This document shows, piece by piece, positions 55,487 through 64,000 of a stretch of DNA of 64,000 nucleotides. The notes under the pieces were generated by a model, which had not been told where the DNA came from, did not search any database, and saw only the letters and a list, made by a program, of their open reading frames with translations. The stretch is from a virus (lineage: Duplodnaviria > Caudoviricetes): the IMG/VR virus record IMGVR_UViG_3300020577_002562, positions 64,001 to 128,000 of that record. One strand, written 5' to 3'. Position numbers and translations under genes: made by a program. Positions within the stretch are counted from its first letter, which is position 1, and each line of letters starts with the position of its first letter.

Positions 55487-56293
55487 TCACTTGGATCCTT
55501 TTTCTGGTCGCATACCCATGCGCTTATACCGAATCTCCATCAGCAATTTTCCAAGTTGATTCTCGCCACGACCGTTGCACACACCCCAGAAAATGTCACC
55601 CCAATGGTTGCCCTCAATGAGCTTGTCTGGGTACGTTTCAATCAACCGCCTGGTCAGCGTCTTGCCTGGAGCAAATTTCTGCCCCAACAATTGCCGCATC
55701 ACATCTATCTTGATGCGCTCCCAGTTTGGCGAAAGCCGAACTCGGCTGCCCTTTCTCTTGGCCTGTCCGGCAGTGCAAGTCTCGTAGATCTCTCGTTCCG
55801 TTGTTGGCGACTTGGCTGCTTGGTAGGCGTTCTCTACAGTCGGGTACGTCTTGCCGTCTAACACAACCTCACTAGCCCAGAAGTTACTGAGCCAAGCATA
55901 TTCACCGTCAAAGCGTGTTATGGCCGTAGTTGGTTTCATCTCTCGAGGCTTTCTGTCTCTTCGGTCAGTCGAATCTAGCAATCCGCTGCCTACTGTGTTA
56001 CCGTCACTATCCAATTTCAGGTTGTAGACTGAGGTGAGCGCAGCTATTGCCAACAATTCTGCTCTAGAGAATACGGTCAATGGCTTACCGCAGTACCCTA
56101 GTTGCTGTGCTATCATCAGACCAGTTTTTAACAGGTCTAATGGTAGTCTACTTTCTGTGCTACCCTGACACCCTTCTATGTTGCATAGATCGGTTAGTGT
56201 GCAAGCGTCGCATGGGATCTTGACTTCTTTTTTTGGCTCTGTGGACTCCTCTTTGTTAAAGTCTGGTGTTGGCGATACCAAAGGCTTGTCCAT
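55487..56293 (-). CDS. NADAR-domain protein with unrelated N-terminal extension
   Basis: WLSNFW...YPTVENAYQAAK...KF...LIEGNHWGDIFWG...GENQLGKLLMEIR. Confidence 0.88.
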   Translation of the reverse strand: MDKPLVSPTPDFNKEESTEPKKEVKIPCDACTLTDLCNIEGCQGSTESRLPLDLLKTGLMIAQQLGYCGKPLTVFSRAELLAIAALTSVYNLKLDSDGNTVGSGLLDSTDRRDRKPREMKPTTAITRFDGEYAWLSNFWASEVVLDGKTYPTVENAYQAAKSPTTEREIYETCTAGQAKRKGSRVRLSPNWERIKIDVMRQLLGQKFAPGKTLTRRLIETYPDKLIEGNHWGDIFWGVCNGRGENQLGKLLMEIRYKRMGMRPEKGSK

Positions 56294-56300
56294 CAGAGTC

Positions 56301-56717
56301 TCAGTAGTTTGGGTTAGTCTCGAATGAGATTGGAGATGGTTTTGCGAGGTCGCTCGCTAACTTGAAGCCAAGCAACGGCCAAATCTTACTGACTGCATGC
56401 TGCCGCGCCACTTTGCGGCCAAACTCTGGGTCAAAGTTCTCAGCACTTACGCAAGCACTTTCTCCGGTCACGGTGTACCCATTCTGCAAGACCAGCACAC
56501 AGATCGTTAGCCTATCCAATGAACTAGGAAAATCTAATGAGACTCTTGTGCCTTCATTTACGGCATCTGGACCATCCCTGGCCGCTTCTCCTGCAGTGAA
56601 GTAGTGCTCAGATACAATTGCGTTCTCTATGTCACGCAGCGTCACTCGTGGAGCGTTCAGCCCACGGGCAAGAATCTCTTGTTCAACGTTGGTTACAGCC
56701 ACAATCCACTCCTTCAA
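56301..56717 (-). CDS. N4 gp49 / Sf6 gene 66 family protein
   Basis: APRVT..IE..I..EHYFT, LTICVLVL.NGYTVTGESAC...NFD.E.G. Confidence 0.85.
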   Translation of the reverse strand: MKEWIVAVTNVEQEILARGLNAPRVTLRDIENAIVSEHYFTAGEAARDGPDAVNEGTRVSLDFPSSLDRLTICVLVLQNGYTVTGESACVSAENFDPEFGRKVARQHAVSKIWPLLGFKLASDLAKPSPISFETNPNY

Positions 56718-57175
56718 CGTAGAGTATTGGCATCGCGCATAGCGCGGTACTTGTTCAGTTCTTCAACCACCAGATCTAGGTCAGAGACATCGATACTAAG
56801 CTCCTTTCCACTCAACTGAAGTTTGACTTGATCATCCACGAAGCCTGTACCACGCAGCAGATAGCTTCCGATTTGATATGTACGCACCATCTCTTTCATC
56901 ATCGGACTGAGCCCCCATCGACGTTCTCGTCCGGAACCCCCAAACTCTGTGGCATTCTTCTTGACCAATAAACCAGCATCCATTGCCTGTTCCAAGCAAG
57001 TACGAAGTCCGACTATAGGTCCGAAGAGATCTTGCATGAACTCGGTGCTGATCCAATCATTCGGGTGCATAGCCAAGTACATCATGATCTTGACACGAGG
57101 GGCAACTTCATAGCGTTGCCTAGTCTTTGATGTAGATTCGCTTTCGCGCACGGCGCGTCCGTTTTGATAGATCAC
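56714..57175 (-). CDS. hypothetical protein, possible winged-helix
   Basis: Packed ORF with ATGA coupling. Confidence 0.5.
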   Translation of the reverse strand: MIYQNGRAVRESESTSKTRQRYEVAPRVKIMMYLAMHPNDWISTEFMQDLFGPIVGLRTCLEQAMDAGLLVKKNATEFGGSGRERRWGLSPMMKEMVRTYQIGSYLLRGTGFVDDQVKLQLSGKELSIDVSDLDLVVEELNKYRAMRDANTLR

Positions 57176-57608
57176 CTGACCTCCATGCTAGTCTAGCCAG
57201 AATGGTAACTCGTACCTCTAGATCCATCGGACGCGAACGGGCTTTCGTGCGTATTCGACAGTAGCCAGTGTCGTCCAATACCAGTACGCCACAGTCTCCT
57301 AATCTTCGTTGGGTCAGTAGTTTAGCCGTCTGTGCCTTCTCGTACACTTTCTTGGTAACGCACAAGTACATGCGGTCGCAGAAAGGGCGGTACTCATGCA
57401 TCTTGTTGTCGGTGCGCAGATCCGCCAATGAGGACTTGACTTCAACAATGACGATCTGACCGCTGATCTTGTTGCCGATTACGTCTACGCGCCGGCGACC
57501 CCACGGCATCACTCCGACCTCGAAGTGACAACTGAAGCGGTACTTGAAGAAGAGGTACGCCGCAGCTTGCTTGAGCGCATCAGCTACTTGCTTACGTGAC
57601 GCTGCCAC
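57120..57608 (-). CDS. MmcB-like PD-(D/E)XK nuclease
   Basis: RRVDVIG...IVEVKSS.AD.R.D.K..EY..FCDR.Y. Confidence 0.78.
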   Translation of the reverse strand: MAASRKQVADALKQAAAYLFFKYRFSCHFEVGVMPWGRRRVDVIGNKISGQIVIVEVKSSLADLRTDNKMHEYRPFCDRMYLCVTKKVYEKAQTAKLLTQRRLGDCGVLVLDDTGYCRIRTKARSRPMDLEVRVTILARLAWRSGDLSKRTRRARKRIYIKD

Positions 57609-57612
57609 GCAT

Positions 57613-58020
57613 TTATCCCTTATACTCCAATAGTCTCAGATCTTTCTCGCGCAGTATGAACTGATGTCTACTGTCACCTTGTAGGAGATTGATAGTACCG
57701 CTTCTATCATCAATCCATGACTCATCATCGAACAGCACAGCGAAGCGAAATCCCTTCTCAGTGAACTCCACCTCTTGCACAGTCGCTTTAGCACCCGGCA
57801 CCAGGAAATGTGCGCAGTGTCTCCAGCCCGGCGCTTTGTTGTAGTCCGGGGCGGCAACCAGAGCTACACGATCACCAACCTTGAATGGTGCGTGTTTCTC
57901 GATCAGATGATTGTAGGCGGCTACAAGCTTACGCAAGTAGTAATCAAGAGGACCGCTGTTCAGGAGCCTTATCGCATCCGACATGAGCGATATTGCTTTC
58001 TCCACTTTCTCAATTCCCAT
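57613..58020 (-). CDS. hypothetical protein
   Basis: AAGGA RBS; PFKVGDRV. Confidence 0.6.
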   Translation of the reverse strand: MGIEKVEKAISLMSDAIRLLNSGPLDYYLRKLVAAYNHLIEKHAPFKVGDRVALVAAPDYNKAPGWRHCAHFLVPGAKATVQEVEFTEKGFRFAVLFDDESWIDDRSGTINLLQGDSRHQFILREKDLRLLEYKG

Positions 58021-58270
58021 GGAAGTCCTTAAATAGCGTCAAGCTGATATTACGATTGACGTCGTGTGTTTTAAGAGAATCTACCGAAGCAATCTCTTTG
58101 TCAGTAGCTAGCCTCCAGTAACGCGGCAGTATCATAGACCCAAACAACGGATCAATAACACAGCATCCACGATTACACGTCTTTACGATACGTTCGGAAT
58201 CCAGTACACTGTAGCGAACAGCAATCCAGGTCTGTTTAGGCGGTAGCTCCTCGTCAAACGATTTGAGCAT
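58010..58270 (-). CDS. hypothetical protein
   Basis: GGAG RBS. Confidence 0.5.
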   Translation of the reverse strand: MLKSFDEELPPKQTWIAVRYSVLDSERIVKTCNRGCCVIDPLFGSMILPRYWRLATDKEIASVDSLKTHDVNRNISLTLFKDFHGN

Positions 58271-58286
58271 TCTTCACTCCAGTATC

Positions 58287-58736
58287 TCACGCAACGCCAG
58301 TGGAGCCGATGCCGCCCTGACCGCGCTCAGTCTGGTCGAACTGGTCAACCACTGTGAATTGAGCTTGCATTACAGGTACGATGATCATCTGAGCTACGCG
58401 ATCCATAGGGGTGATGAAGAAGGGTACATTGGATCGGTTCCACATGCTGACCATCAAGGGTCCTTGGTAGTCACTATCGATCAGACCTACCAAGTTACCG
58501 AGCACGATTCCATTTCGGGCACCGAGTCCTGACCTAGGCAACAACATGGCGGCATAGCTTGGATCGCGGATGTAGATGGAGAGTCCAGTTGAAATTAGCT
58601 TAGATGCTCCTGGGTCCAAACAAGTCGGAAGATCGATGCATGCACGTAGATCGAGCCCCGCCGAACCGACAGTTGCGTATGTAGGCAACTGGTCACGCAT
58701 ACGCTCGTCCAGTATCTTCACTTCAACGTTGATCAT
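58287..58736 (-). CDS. dut: trimeric dUTPase
   Basis: [32 protein letters not shown] motifs. Confidence 0.97.
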   Translation of the reverse strand: MINVEVKILDERMRDQLPTYATVGSAGLDLRACIDLPTCLDPGASKLISTGLSIYIRDPSYAAMLLPRSGLGARNGIVLGNLVGLIDSDYQGPLMVSMWNRSNVPFFITPMDRVAQMIIVPVMQAQFTVVDQFDQTERGQGGIGSTGVA

Positions 58737-59482
58737 GATTGGTCCTTGTCACATAGGGTAGTATTTCCAGAGCACTCACACTGGTTTCGTGGCAGACAAC
58801 TGTCTCGCCACATTACGTCAGAACACTTGTCGCAGGATACTGAACGGTCACCTCTCGTGACTAGCGTTGGTTCACGCTGCTCCTTAGTCGTCGCGTGCTC
58901 ACGGCAGTGGACCACGTAGTGCTTGTCTGTTCCGTAGTCACCAAAAGTCGAGCACCCGCAACTGCTAGTACCAGCATACCCCACGACGCGCTCTTGAAAT
59001 GAGCAGTCCGACAACTCATTCCACAAGGTCACACGACGGCCATCGTCCATCTTGACCTCATAGCGTCCGGCTCGAATCGTTACCGAGACAGGCAATGCTT
59101 GCTTGGCAGGTGGTGTTAGTGTGTGTGCTGCCACAGCTCTAGCTGCGTGGTTCTTTCCAAAGTGTTCTTTGGCGCAGACCTCGCACATGATGGCCCTACA
59201 ATCCAAGCATCGGATCACCGTGTTGAATGACAGTGCGGTCTTGCATTGGTAACAAACCTGTACAGTCTTGGTGAGCAGGTCGATTGCGTGCTGATAGACC
59301 AATGCGCCAATGTTCCAATCCCTCAAATTGATCTGTTGACCGCCTTCAGTCTTTTCCTTCTCAAAGCCGAATTGTGCATATGCCTTCTCAATGGCTTCCG
59401 CCAACTGCCGCCAATCGAATGTGGGTATGATGCGTTCCATGTCAACTGTCCCCTTCGTTGAATAGCTAGGCGTATTCATCAC
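58733..59482 (-). CDS. hypothetical Cys-rich protein
   Basis: Several CxxC pairs; ATGA overlap with dut. Confidence 0.55.
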   Translation of the reverse strand: MMNTPSYSTKGTVDMERIIPTFDWRQLAEAIEKAYAQFGFEKEKTEGGQQINLRDWNIGALVYQHAIDLLTKTVQVCYQCKTALSFNTVIRCLDCRAIMCEVCAKEHFGKNHAARAVAAHTLTPPAKQALPVSVTIRAGRYEVKMDDGRRVTLWNELSDCSFQERVVGYAGTSSCGCSTFGDYGTDKHYVVHCREHATTKEQREPTLVTRGDRSVSCDKCSDVMWRDSCLPRNQCECSGNTTLCDKDQS

Positions 59483-59506
59483 CTACTAATTGATTCATCA
59501 TTTCCT

Positions 59507-59575
59507 TCACCTAGAGGCGAACCACGCCAGAGCCGCGATCAAACAAAACGCGAGAAAGGCGATGAAGTACATCAT
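59507..59575 (-). CDS. 22-aa hydrophobic microprotein
   Basis: MMYFIAFLAFCLIAALAWFASR; ATGA overlap with the upstream stop. Confidence 0.4.
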   Translation of the reverse strand: MMYFIAFLAFCLIAALAWFASR

Positions 59576-60561
59576 GTTTGCACCTCTCGCAGCATCACCA
59601 TCGTAGCTACAGGGCGCGAATGGATGGTAATGATCCGTAGCGAATAGTACACACGAATCACTCGCCATGTCCTGCAATGCAAACTCTTGACATGCTCAAG
59701 TGCCTCACTGTTCCACGCCTCTTCGTCATGGAGACTGCTATCAACACTAATATGCTCATCCGCACGCGGGACTGCCTTCCCTAGATTAGTTGACGTGACC
59801 AACTCCTCTACACTACGTTCATGCAGTTTAGCCATATCCTCTACCAGCTTGGTCATCTCTAGATCAGGCTCAACCAGTGCAGGGCCAATCTTGGTCTTGA
59901 TACAGTCTGTGCAGTACAGAGCATACATCGTGTCTTGCGTACTGGTCTTTCCACACTCGGAGCACCTGTGTTTCGGTTCATGACCTTCAGCTGTAGTCTC
60001 TACCTTTGGCTGTCGTGGCAAGATCGATAGGTCTACGAAACGAGGATCGGCAAATGTTTTGAACACGAACGTCCACGCCAGCCTACCATGTGGCTTTGTA
60101 CCTGGATTTGACGACAAACTCCTCAGATCAGTTGCGTCCACAATGCGGTTGATCAAGTGCTGGGGTTCACACGCATGCTCCGTCCACGGCACTGCCATCA
60201 GGTCCAAGTCTCTGGTGAACGAACCGTGTAGACCAACAGCATAGCCCTCATCCCAAGCGAGCTTGCGGATGATGGTGTAGACGCGACCGTAATCTGGGTC
60301 AATTATGCCATACACTTGACCATTGGTGTTAGGTGCTGGTTCTCGCCGATTCCAGTTGGCAATGGCATCTTGCTCGGTGATACTTATCACTTCAGCGCCG
60401 CAACCACCTTGAACTTCTGGGCACTGCGCGCACCAGTCTTGGTTGCCCAGTTCATCTGGTCGTGTGGTTGGATAGCAGAAGTCTGGGTCAGTCGTGTCGA
60501 TCACATGACCGCAGAAAGGACACGGTTTAGCTCGGTTCGGTGCTAGTTCTCGATCAGTCAT
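59572..60561 (-). CDS. Lar-type Zn-finger fused to a nucleotidyltransferase-like domain
   Basis: KPCPFCG...AIANWNRR; LHGSFTRDLDLMAVPW; AGGAG RBS. Confidence 0.6.
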   Translation of the reverse strand: MTDRELAPNRAKPCPFCGHVIDTTDPDFCYPTTRPDELGNQDWCAQCPEVQGGCGAEVISITEQDAIANWNRREPAPNTNGQVYGIIDPDYGRVYTIIRKLAWDEGYAVGLHGSFTRDLDLMAVPWTEHACEPQHLINRIVDATDLRSLSSNPGTKPHGRLAWTFVFKTFADPRFVDLSILPRQPKVETTAEGHEPKHRCSECGKTSTQDTMYALYCTDCIKTKIGPALVEPDLEMTKLVEDMAKLHERSVEELVTSTNLGKAVPRADEHISVDSSLHDEEAWNSEALEHVKSLHCRTWRVIRVYYSLRIITIHSRPVATMVMLREVQT

Positions 60562-60609
60562 AGTTTCTATCTCCTACCATAGAGACCCCACGCGCTTGAC
60601 GTTCCCTGG

Positions 60610-60858
60610 CTAACGTCTTTTCAACTTTGCTGTAGCCTCGCTGCTCATAGACCGAGCCTTGGTTTGAAGAGCCTTCATCCAAGCAACCCCAATTTCCTCA
60701 AGCTGTTCGTCGGTGAACATATAGATTGGCCTGCCATTACCATCTAGCTGTAAAATAGAGGTCGGCACTTTCGGAATGAGGTATTCAGTGGCGTATGTAC
60801 TATGGACTTTCACAACAGGCGGTGATTCTTTGATCTGCTTCATACATGCCCTTGTCAA
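60610..60858 (-). CDS. hypothetical protein
   Basis: Packed ORF. Confidence 0.45.
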   Translation of the reverse strand: MTRACMKQIKESPPVVKVHSTYATEYLIPKVPTSILQLDGNGRPIYMFTDEQLEEIGVAWMKALQTKARSMSSEATAKLKRR

Positions 60859-61140
60859 CTAGACTTGTGGTTGAAGGTGGCGGGTCTGCTCCATCAAGCA
60901 GTCAAGACACAAACCTGTAGAATTACATCCACCTTCATTAAAGACGACGATAACTCGTGGACATACCCAAAGAGTTTCAGACCAGGTAGTACCATCACCT
61001 CTGGTGTGTGTCTTGTTGTGTAAACCGTGGCAATGTTTGCACGGCGTTCCTCCACCATACTCTGAAACCTCCTCATTTTCATGAACAAACCAGTCTCCAC
61101 CTTCCCACATACTTCCAGAACTGAACGCATGCTTAGTCAT
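60859..61140 (-). CDS. hypothetical Cys-rich protein
   Basis: AAGGT RBS; CKHC, CLDC. Confidence 0.55.
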   Translation of the reverse strand: MTKHAFSSGSMWEGGDWFVHENEEVSEYGGGTPCKHCHGLHNKTHTRGDGTTWSETLWVCPRVIVVFNEGGCNSTGLCLDCLMEQTRHLQPQV

Positions 61141-61153
61141 CTGTACACCTTAC

Positions 61154-62116
61154 CTACCACTTGATTCCGATGGTTGGACTGTCGTCAACTACTCTACGCC
61201 CCTTGTTCATGTACTTCATGGCGACTTGTACCTGCTCTCGGTCGATCTTGAATCTCTCAGGCTTGTAGGTCTGCCAGAAGCAAGTGCGCAGACAGCCACG
61301 ACTAGGGCCGTAGTCCTCTATGAAATGCTTGATCAACGGTTGTTGCTTGCCGTCCACCACTGTCCGTATACGTGCAGTCTCTTGCGCCAGCTTAGGTGGA
61401 TTGGAAATCGGTATGACCTCGTAGATGGTGTCCCATCGCGGGATGTTCAAGCCGACTTGCACGATCCGTCGGATACCAACGATGATGCGAATGCGGCCGC
61501 TTCGCGCATCTTGCAGTATCTTAGGACGCTGCGTGTTCCGTTCGACCTGACCAGTGAATGCGGCAGCAATGTCGCGGTCTTTCCCAGTCATACGTCGGTA
61601 TGCCTTGTTCAGCACGTTGGTCAGCAGCATCGCGTGCTTCACTCGATCCACCGGGATGACGATTGACCGGTCGTGCTTGATAACGTCCTTCAGCGCGTGC
61701 TTGACTATCAGTGTGTTACGTTGCTCGTTGTTGGACAACCAAGTGATAGCACCCGGCCATGTCTTGTGACCGGCGTGCGTAACCCCAGTCTCTACGAACT
61801 GAACACTAGGCACCAGCGTATTGGCTTGCCCCTCGGCACGTACAGGACCGATCACCAACTGAGAGAGTATGATCTTGCCATCTTTGCGATCATACGTCCC
61901 CGTCAGTCCGATCATGTACAACGAGTTCAACTGAGCCACTACTTTGAGGTACTCATCCGCCGCAGTGTCGTGGCAATTATGAACGAGCACACCTTTGTCT
62001 GAGTCTGGGCCATAGACAAAGTAGTTGTGATGCTGCTCCACTCCTATATCGTACACATCTACAGGCGCATCCAGTTTGATATGCTCTACTGATGACACTC
62101 TCACTAATTTTGTCAT
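61154..62116 (-). CDS. SF2 (UvsW-like) helicase, C-terminal part with split-intein C half
   Basis: VHN|CH completes DECH; GLTGTYDRKDG (motif III), GLNIP (V), QETARIRT (VI). Confidence 0.88.
   Translation of the reverse strand: MTKLVRVSSVEHIKLDAPVDVYDIGVEQHHNYFVYGPDSDKGVLVHNCHDTAADEYLKVVAQLNSLYMIGLTGTYDRKDGKIILSQLVIGPVRAEGQANTLVPSVQFVETGVTHAGHKTWPGAITWLSNNEQRNTLIVKHALKDVIKHDRSIVIPVDRVKHAMLLTNVLNKAYRRMTGKDRDIAAAFTGQVERNTQRPKILQDARSGRIRIIVGIRRIVQVGLNIPRWDTIYEVIPISNPPKLAQETARIRTVVDGKQQPLIKHFIEDYGPSRGCLRTCFWQTYKPERFKIDREQVQVAMKYMNKGRRVVDDSPTIGIKW
61976..62116 (-). mobile_element. split intein C-half (47 aa) of the helicase
   Basis: VYDIGVEQHHNYFV...GVLVHN|C. Confidence 0.92.
62104..62112 (+). 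promoter_or_regulatory. candidate late promoter CTAATTTTG for the endonuclease
   Basis: About 35 bp upstream of ATG 62147; overlaps the antisense start of the helicase C gene. Confidence 0.4.
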
Positions 62117-62146
62117 ACTGGTGAATCATGTATTGGAGTTAAGGGC

Positions 62147-63175
62147 ATGTTACGTCAAGATCATCCGCGATTTCATCAAATGGTGTCCCGACATAGAGCC
62201 CTGTGCTCAGTAAGAAAGATAAAATTCACTGCCAAGATTGTTGACTTGAGCACTACACGTTATTTACATCGTTGTCACTGTGGTCATGCTTGGAAGCAAA
62301 CTATATCGAACTTTGTTGGCCGTACTGGATGTCCTGCTTGTGCGATGCGGCGTTTTCAACTAGCTGGAGCAGCTTCCGCGCGTGGAAAACCTGCGCATAC
62401 GAGACTAACAAAAGGGGAGTTTCTGAAGCGGCTTCCTAAAGGCTATCGTCTAATCGGATCTTACTCAGGACAACGCGAACTAGTCTCATTGAAATGCCCA
62501 CAAGGTCACATAAGACGAACTACAGCGGACAACGCCCATCGTTATGGCTGTGGTGTATGCTCGGGAGTTGAAGTTTCACTTGACTCCCACAACAAGCAAT
62601 TGGCTGCTCTGAATGACCGTGTTCGTTGCCTGCAGTATTTTGGGGCACGCACAGCATCCAGATACCATTGTCTACAGTGTAAGTTTCGCTGGTCTTGCAT
62701 CCCTACAAACATTTTGAAGACTAAACGATGTCATTGTCCGAGCTGTCAACCACCTGGCGTAACTGTCAGATGCGTCAAGCTTGGGCGTCGCAAAGTGCTT
62801 GTTCGTGGATACGAGCCACAAGCTCTAAACTATTTGATACAAGTGAAGGGGTACAAACCTAACCAGATTCGTACAGAGCTTGAGGGAACTGTCCCAAGAA
62901 TCAAAGTCAATGGGCGACTTCATAAACCCGACTTTTTCATCCCAAGCGATAACCGTCTGGTAGAAGTCAAGTCGATTTTCACTCTCGGACTCAACGGTGA
63001 GCTATATTTCAAAAGAGCATTCCAGAAGTTGAAGACTAACCACGCAAAAGCCCGGGAGGCAGGGTACCGATACAACTTGCTAGTTTTTCTCAAAGACGGA
63101 ACGCGAGTAGACATACCTAGTAAGTGGTATCTATTGAGCACTGAACAAATGCGACAGTTACTTCGACAACAATAG
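62147..63175 (+). CDS. free-standing Zn-ribbon / PD-(D/E)XK putative homing endonuclease, antisense to the helicase
   Basis: Three Cys/His ribbons (CGHAW..GCPAC; CPQGH..GCGVC; CLQC..W..CPSC); RGYEPQA...HKPDFF...VEVKS; GGAG RBS. Confidence 0.8.
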   Translation: MLRQDHPRFHQMVSRHRALCSVRKIKFTAKIVDLSTTRYLHRCHCGHAWKQTISNFVGRTGCPACAMRRFQLAGAASARGKPAHTRLTKGEFLKRLPKGYRLIGSYSGQRELVSLKCPQGHIRRTTADNAHRYGCGVCSGVEVSLDSHNKQLAALNDRVRCLQYFGARTASRYHCLQCKFRWSCIPTNILKTKRCHCPSCQPPGVTVRCVKLGRRKVLVRGYEPQALNYLIQVKGYKPNQIRTELEGTVPRIKVNGRLHKPDFFIPSDNRLVEVKSIFTLGLNGELYFKRAFQKLKTNHAKAREAGYRYNLLVFLKDGTRVDIPSKWYLLSTEQMRQLLRQQ

Positions 63176-64000
63176 CTCGTCATTTACCGTTAACTCCGAT
63201 GCCTTCACGTAATCTTGTCTAGTAACCGACCAAAACTTGTGGTTCGGAGTGCACAGAAGTTCTCTACCATCAATAGTGACGCGCACGAGATGGGTAACAG
63301 CTTTCTTTGTGAAGCTCTCTATGGGTTTGAATTCTCGTTTCCCAGATTGATGATTGAAGCACTCGACAGTCGTCTTGTAGCCGCTTTCTACAATATCACC
63401 TAAAGACATCAGCCCATTTTTGGTCTTTACTCTATGACCATAGGTGAAGCATTCATCTATGATGATGGTCCCAAAGTGATCCTTGATCTGTTCAAGCTTC
63501 TTCTTGCCACCAGCAGACAAGAACGTTTGATACGTACACAGCACGATGTCATACTTCAGCATATCCTTGACATCAGTGACTATGCCAGCGATCTTGCGTC
63601 CGTTGAACTTCTCTAGGTCGTCAATGTTGGTTACTGCATCCGCACCTTTGAGCGACAGCATGAACTGGCGCAACCAATCGATCTGGGCCGCAATGATCAG
63701 CGTGCGATACCCGATCTTGATCGAAGCAGCTATCGCCATCACTGTCTTGCCCGAACGCGGCGGAGACAGTAAGACACCCCGCTTCTTCTTGATGATCGTG
63801 CGTACAGGATCGCGTTGATTCTTCCAGAGCTTGCCTGTGAATTCGATGGCGTGACGAAACCGCTTGTATTCGGAAGCAGGCTTCTCTCTAGTGACAGTGA
63901 TCGGCTTACCAACTACTTCCTTGACGATTGACGGACGTCCCAACGGTAAACCAAGCATGCCATCTCGTTTGGTCCACAAGTGGTAAGTGCCCCGGAACTC
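63158..64000 (-). CDS. SF2 (UvsW-like) helicase, N-terminal part plus split-intein N half; 5' truncated
   Basis: LWKNQ (Q motif), SPPRSGKT (Walker A), TYQT, IIIDE; frame open to 64000. Confidence 0.88.
   Translation of the reverse strand, partial: EFRGTYHLWTKRDGMLGLPLGRPSIVKEVVGKPITVTREKPASEYKRFRHAIEFTGKLWKNQRDPVRTIIKKKRGVLLSPPRSGKTVMAIAASIKIGYRTLIIAAQIDWLRQFMLSLKGADAVTNIDDLEKFNGRKIAGIVTDVKDMLKYDIVLCTYQTFLSAGGKKKLEQIKDHFGTIIIDECFTYGHRVKTKNGLMSLGDIVESGYKTTVECFNHQSGKREFKPIESFTKKAVTHLVRVTIDGRELLCTPNHKFWSVTRQDYVKASELTVNDELLLSK
63161..63451 (-). mobile_element. split intein N-half (97 aa) of the helicase
   Basis: IIIDE|CFTYGHRVKT..G (block A), CTPNHKF (block B), then stop. Confidence 0.92.

Noticed and set aside
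1-64000. Stop-codon reassignment
   Set aside because: TAA, TAG and TGA all end well-defined genes, and long conserved ORFs are intact under the standard code
1-64000. tRNA, rRNA, reverse transcriptase/DGR, integrase
   Set aside because: No supporting motifs seen by eye and intergenic gaps are short; a covariance search was not possible

Overview
A 64 kb segment of a large (probably jumbo) contractile-tailed dsDNA phage genome, with a possible Betaproteobacterial host. 1-9.9 kb: a tightly coupled minus-strand run of small early-type genes behind a sigma70-like promoter. 10.2-30.7 kb (+): head, sheath/tube, tape measure, baseplate and tail fibre genes. 30.8-44 kb (-): a likely appendage module with a clan GH-A glycoside hydrolase, a methyltransferase, a glycosyltransferase and a 1726-aa two-unit repeat protein. 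44-64 kb (-): SprT protease, prohead protease, portal, terminase, DnaB, NADAR, dUTPase and an SF2 helicase. Main finding: the terminase large subunit and the SF2 helicase are each fractured into N- and C-genes carrying naturally split intein halves. In both cases the halves are separated by a free-standing Zn-ribbon/PD-(D/E)XK endonuclease of the same family, in opposite orientations. The terminase also has a second, contiguous intein. The terminase-embedded endonuclease has an RBS-sequestering hairpin with a candidate late promoter (CTAATTT) inside it, which suggests timed control of the endonuclease and possibly of terminase assembly. All family calls come from motif recognition by eye; no searches were run.
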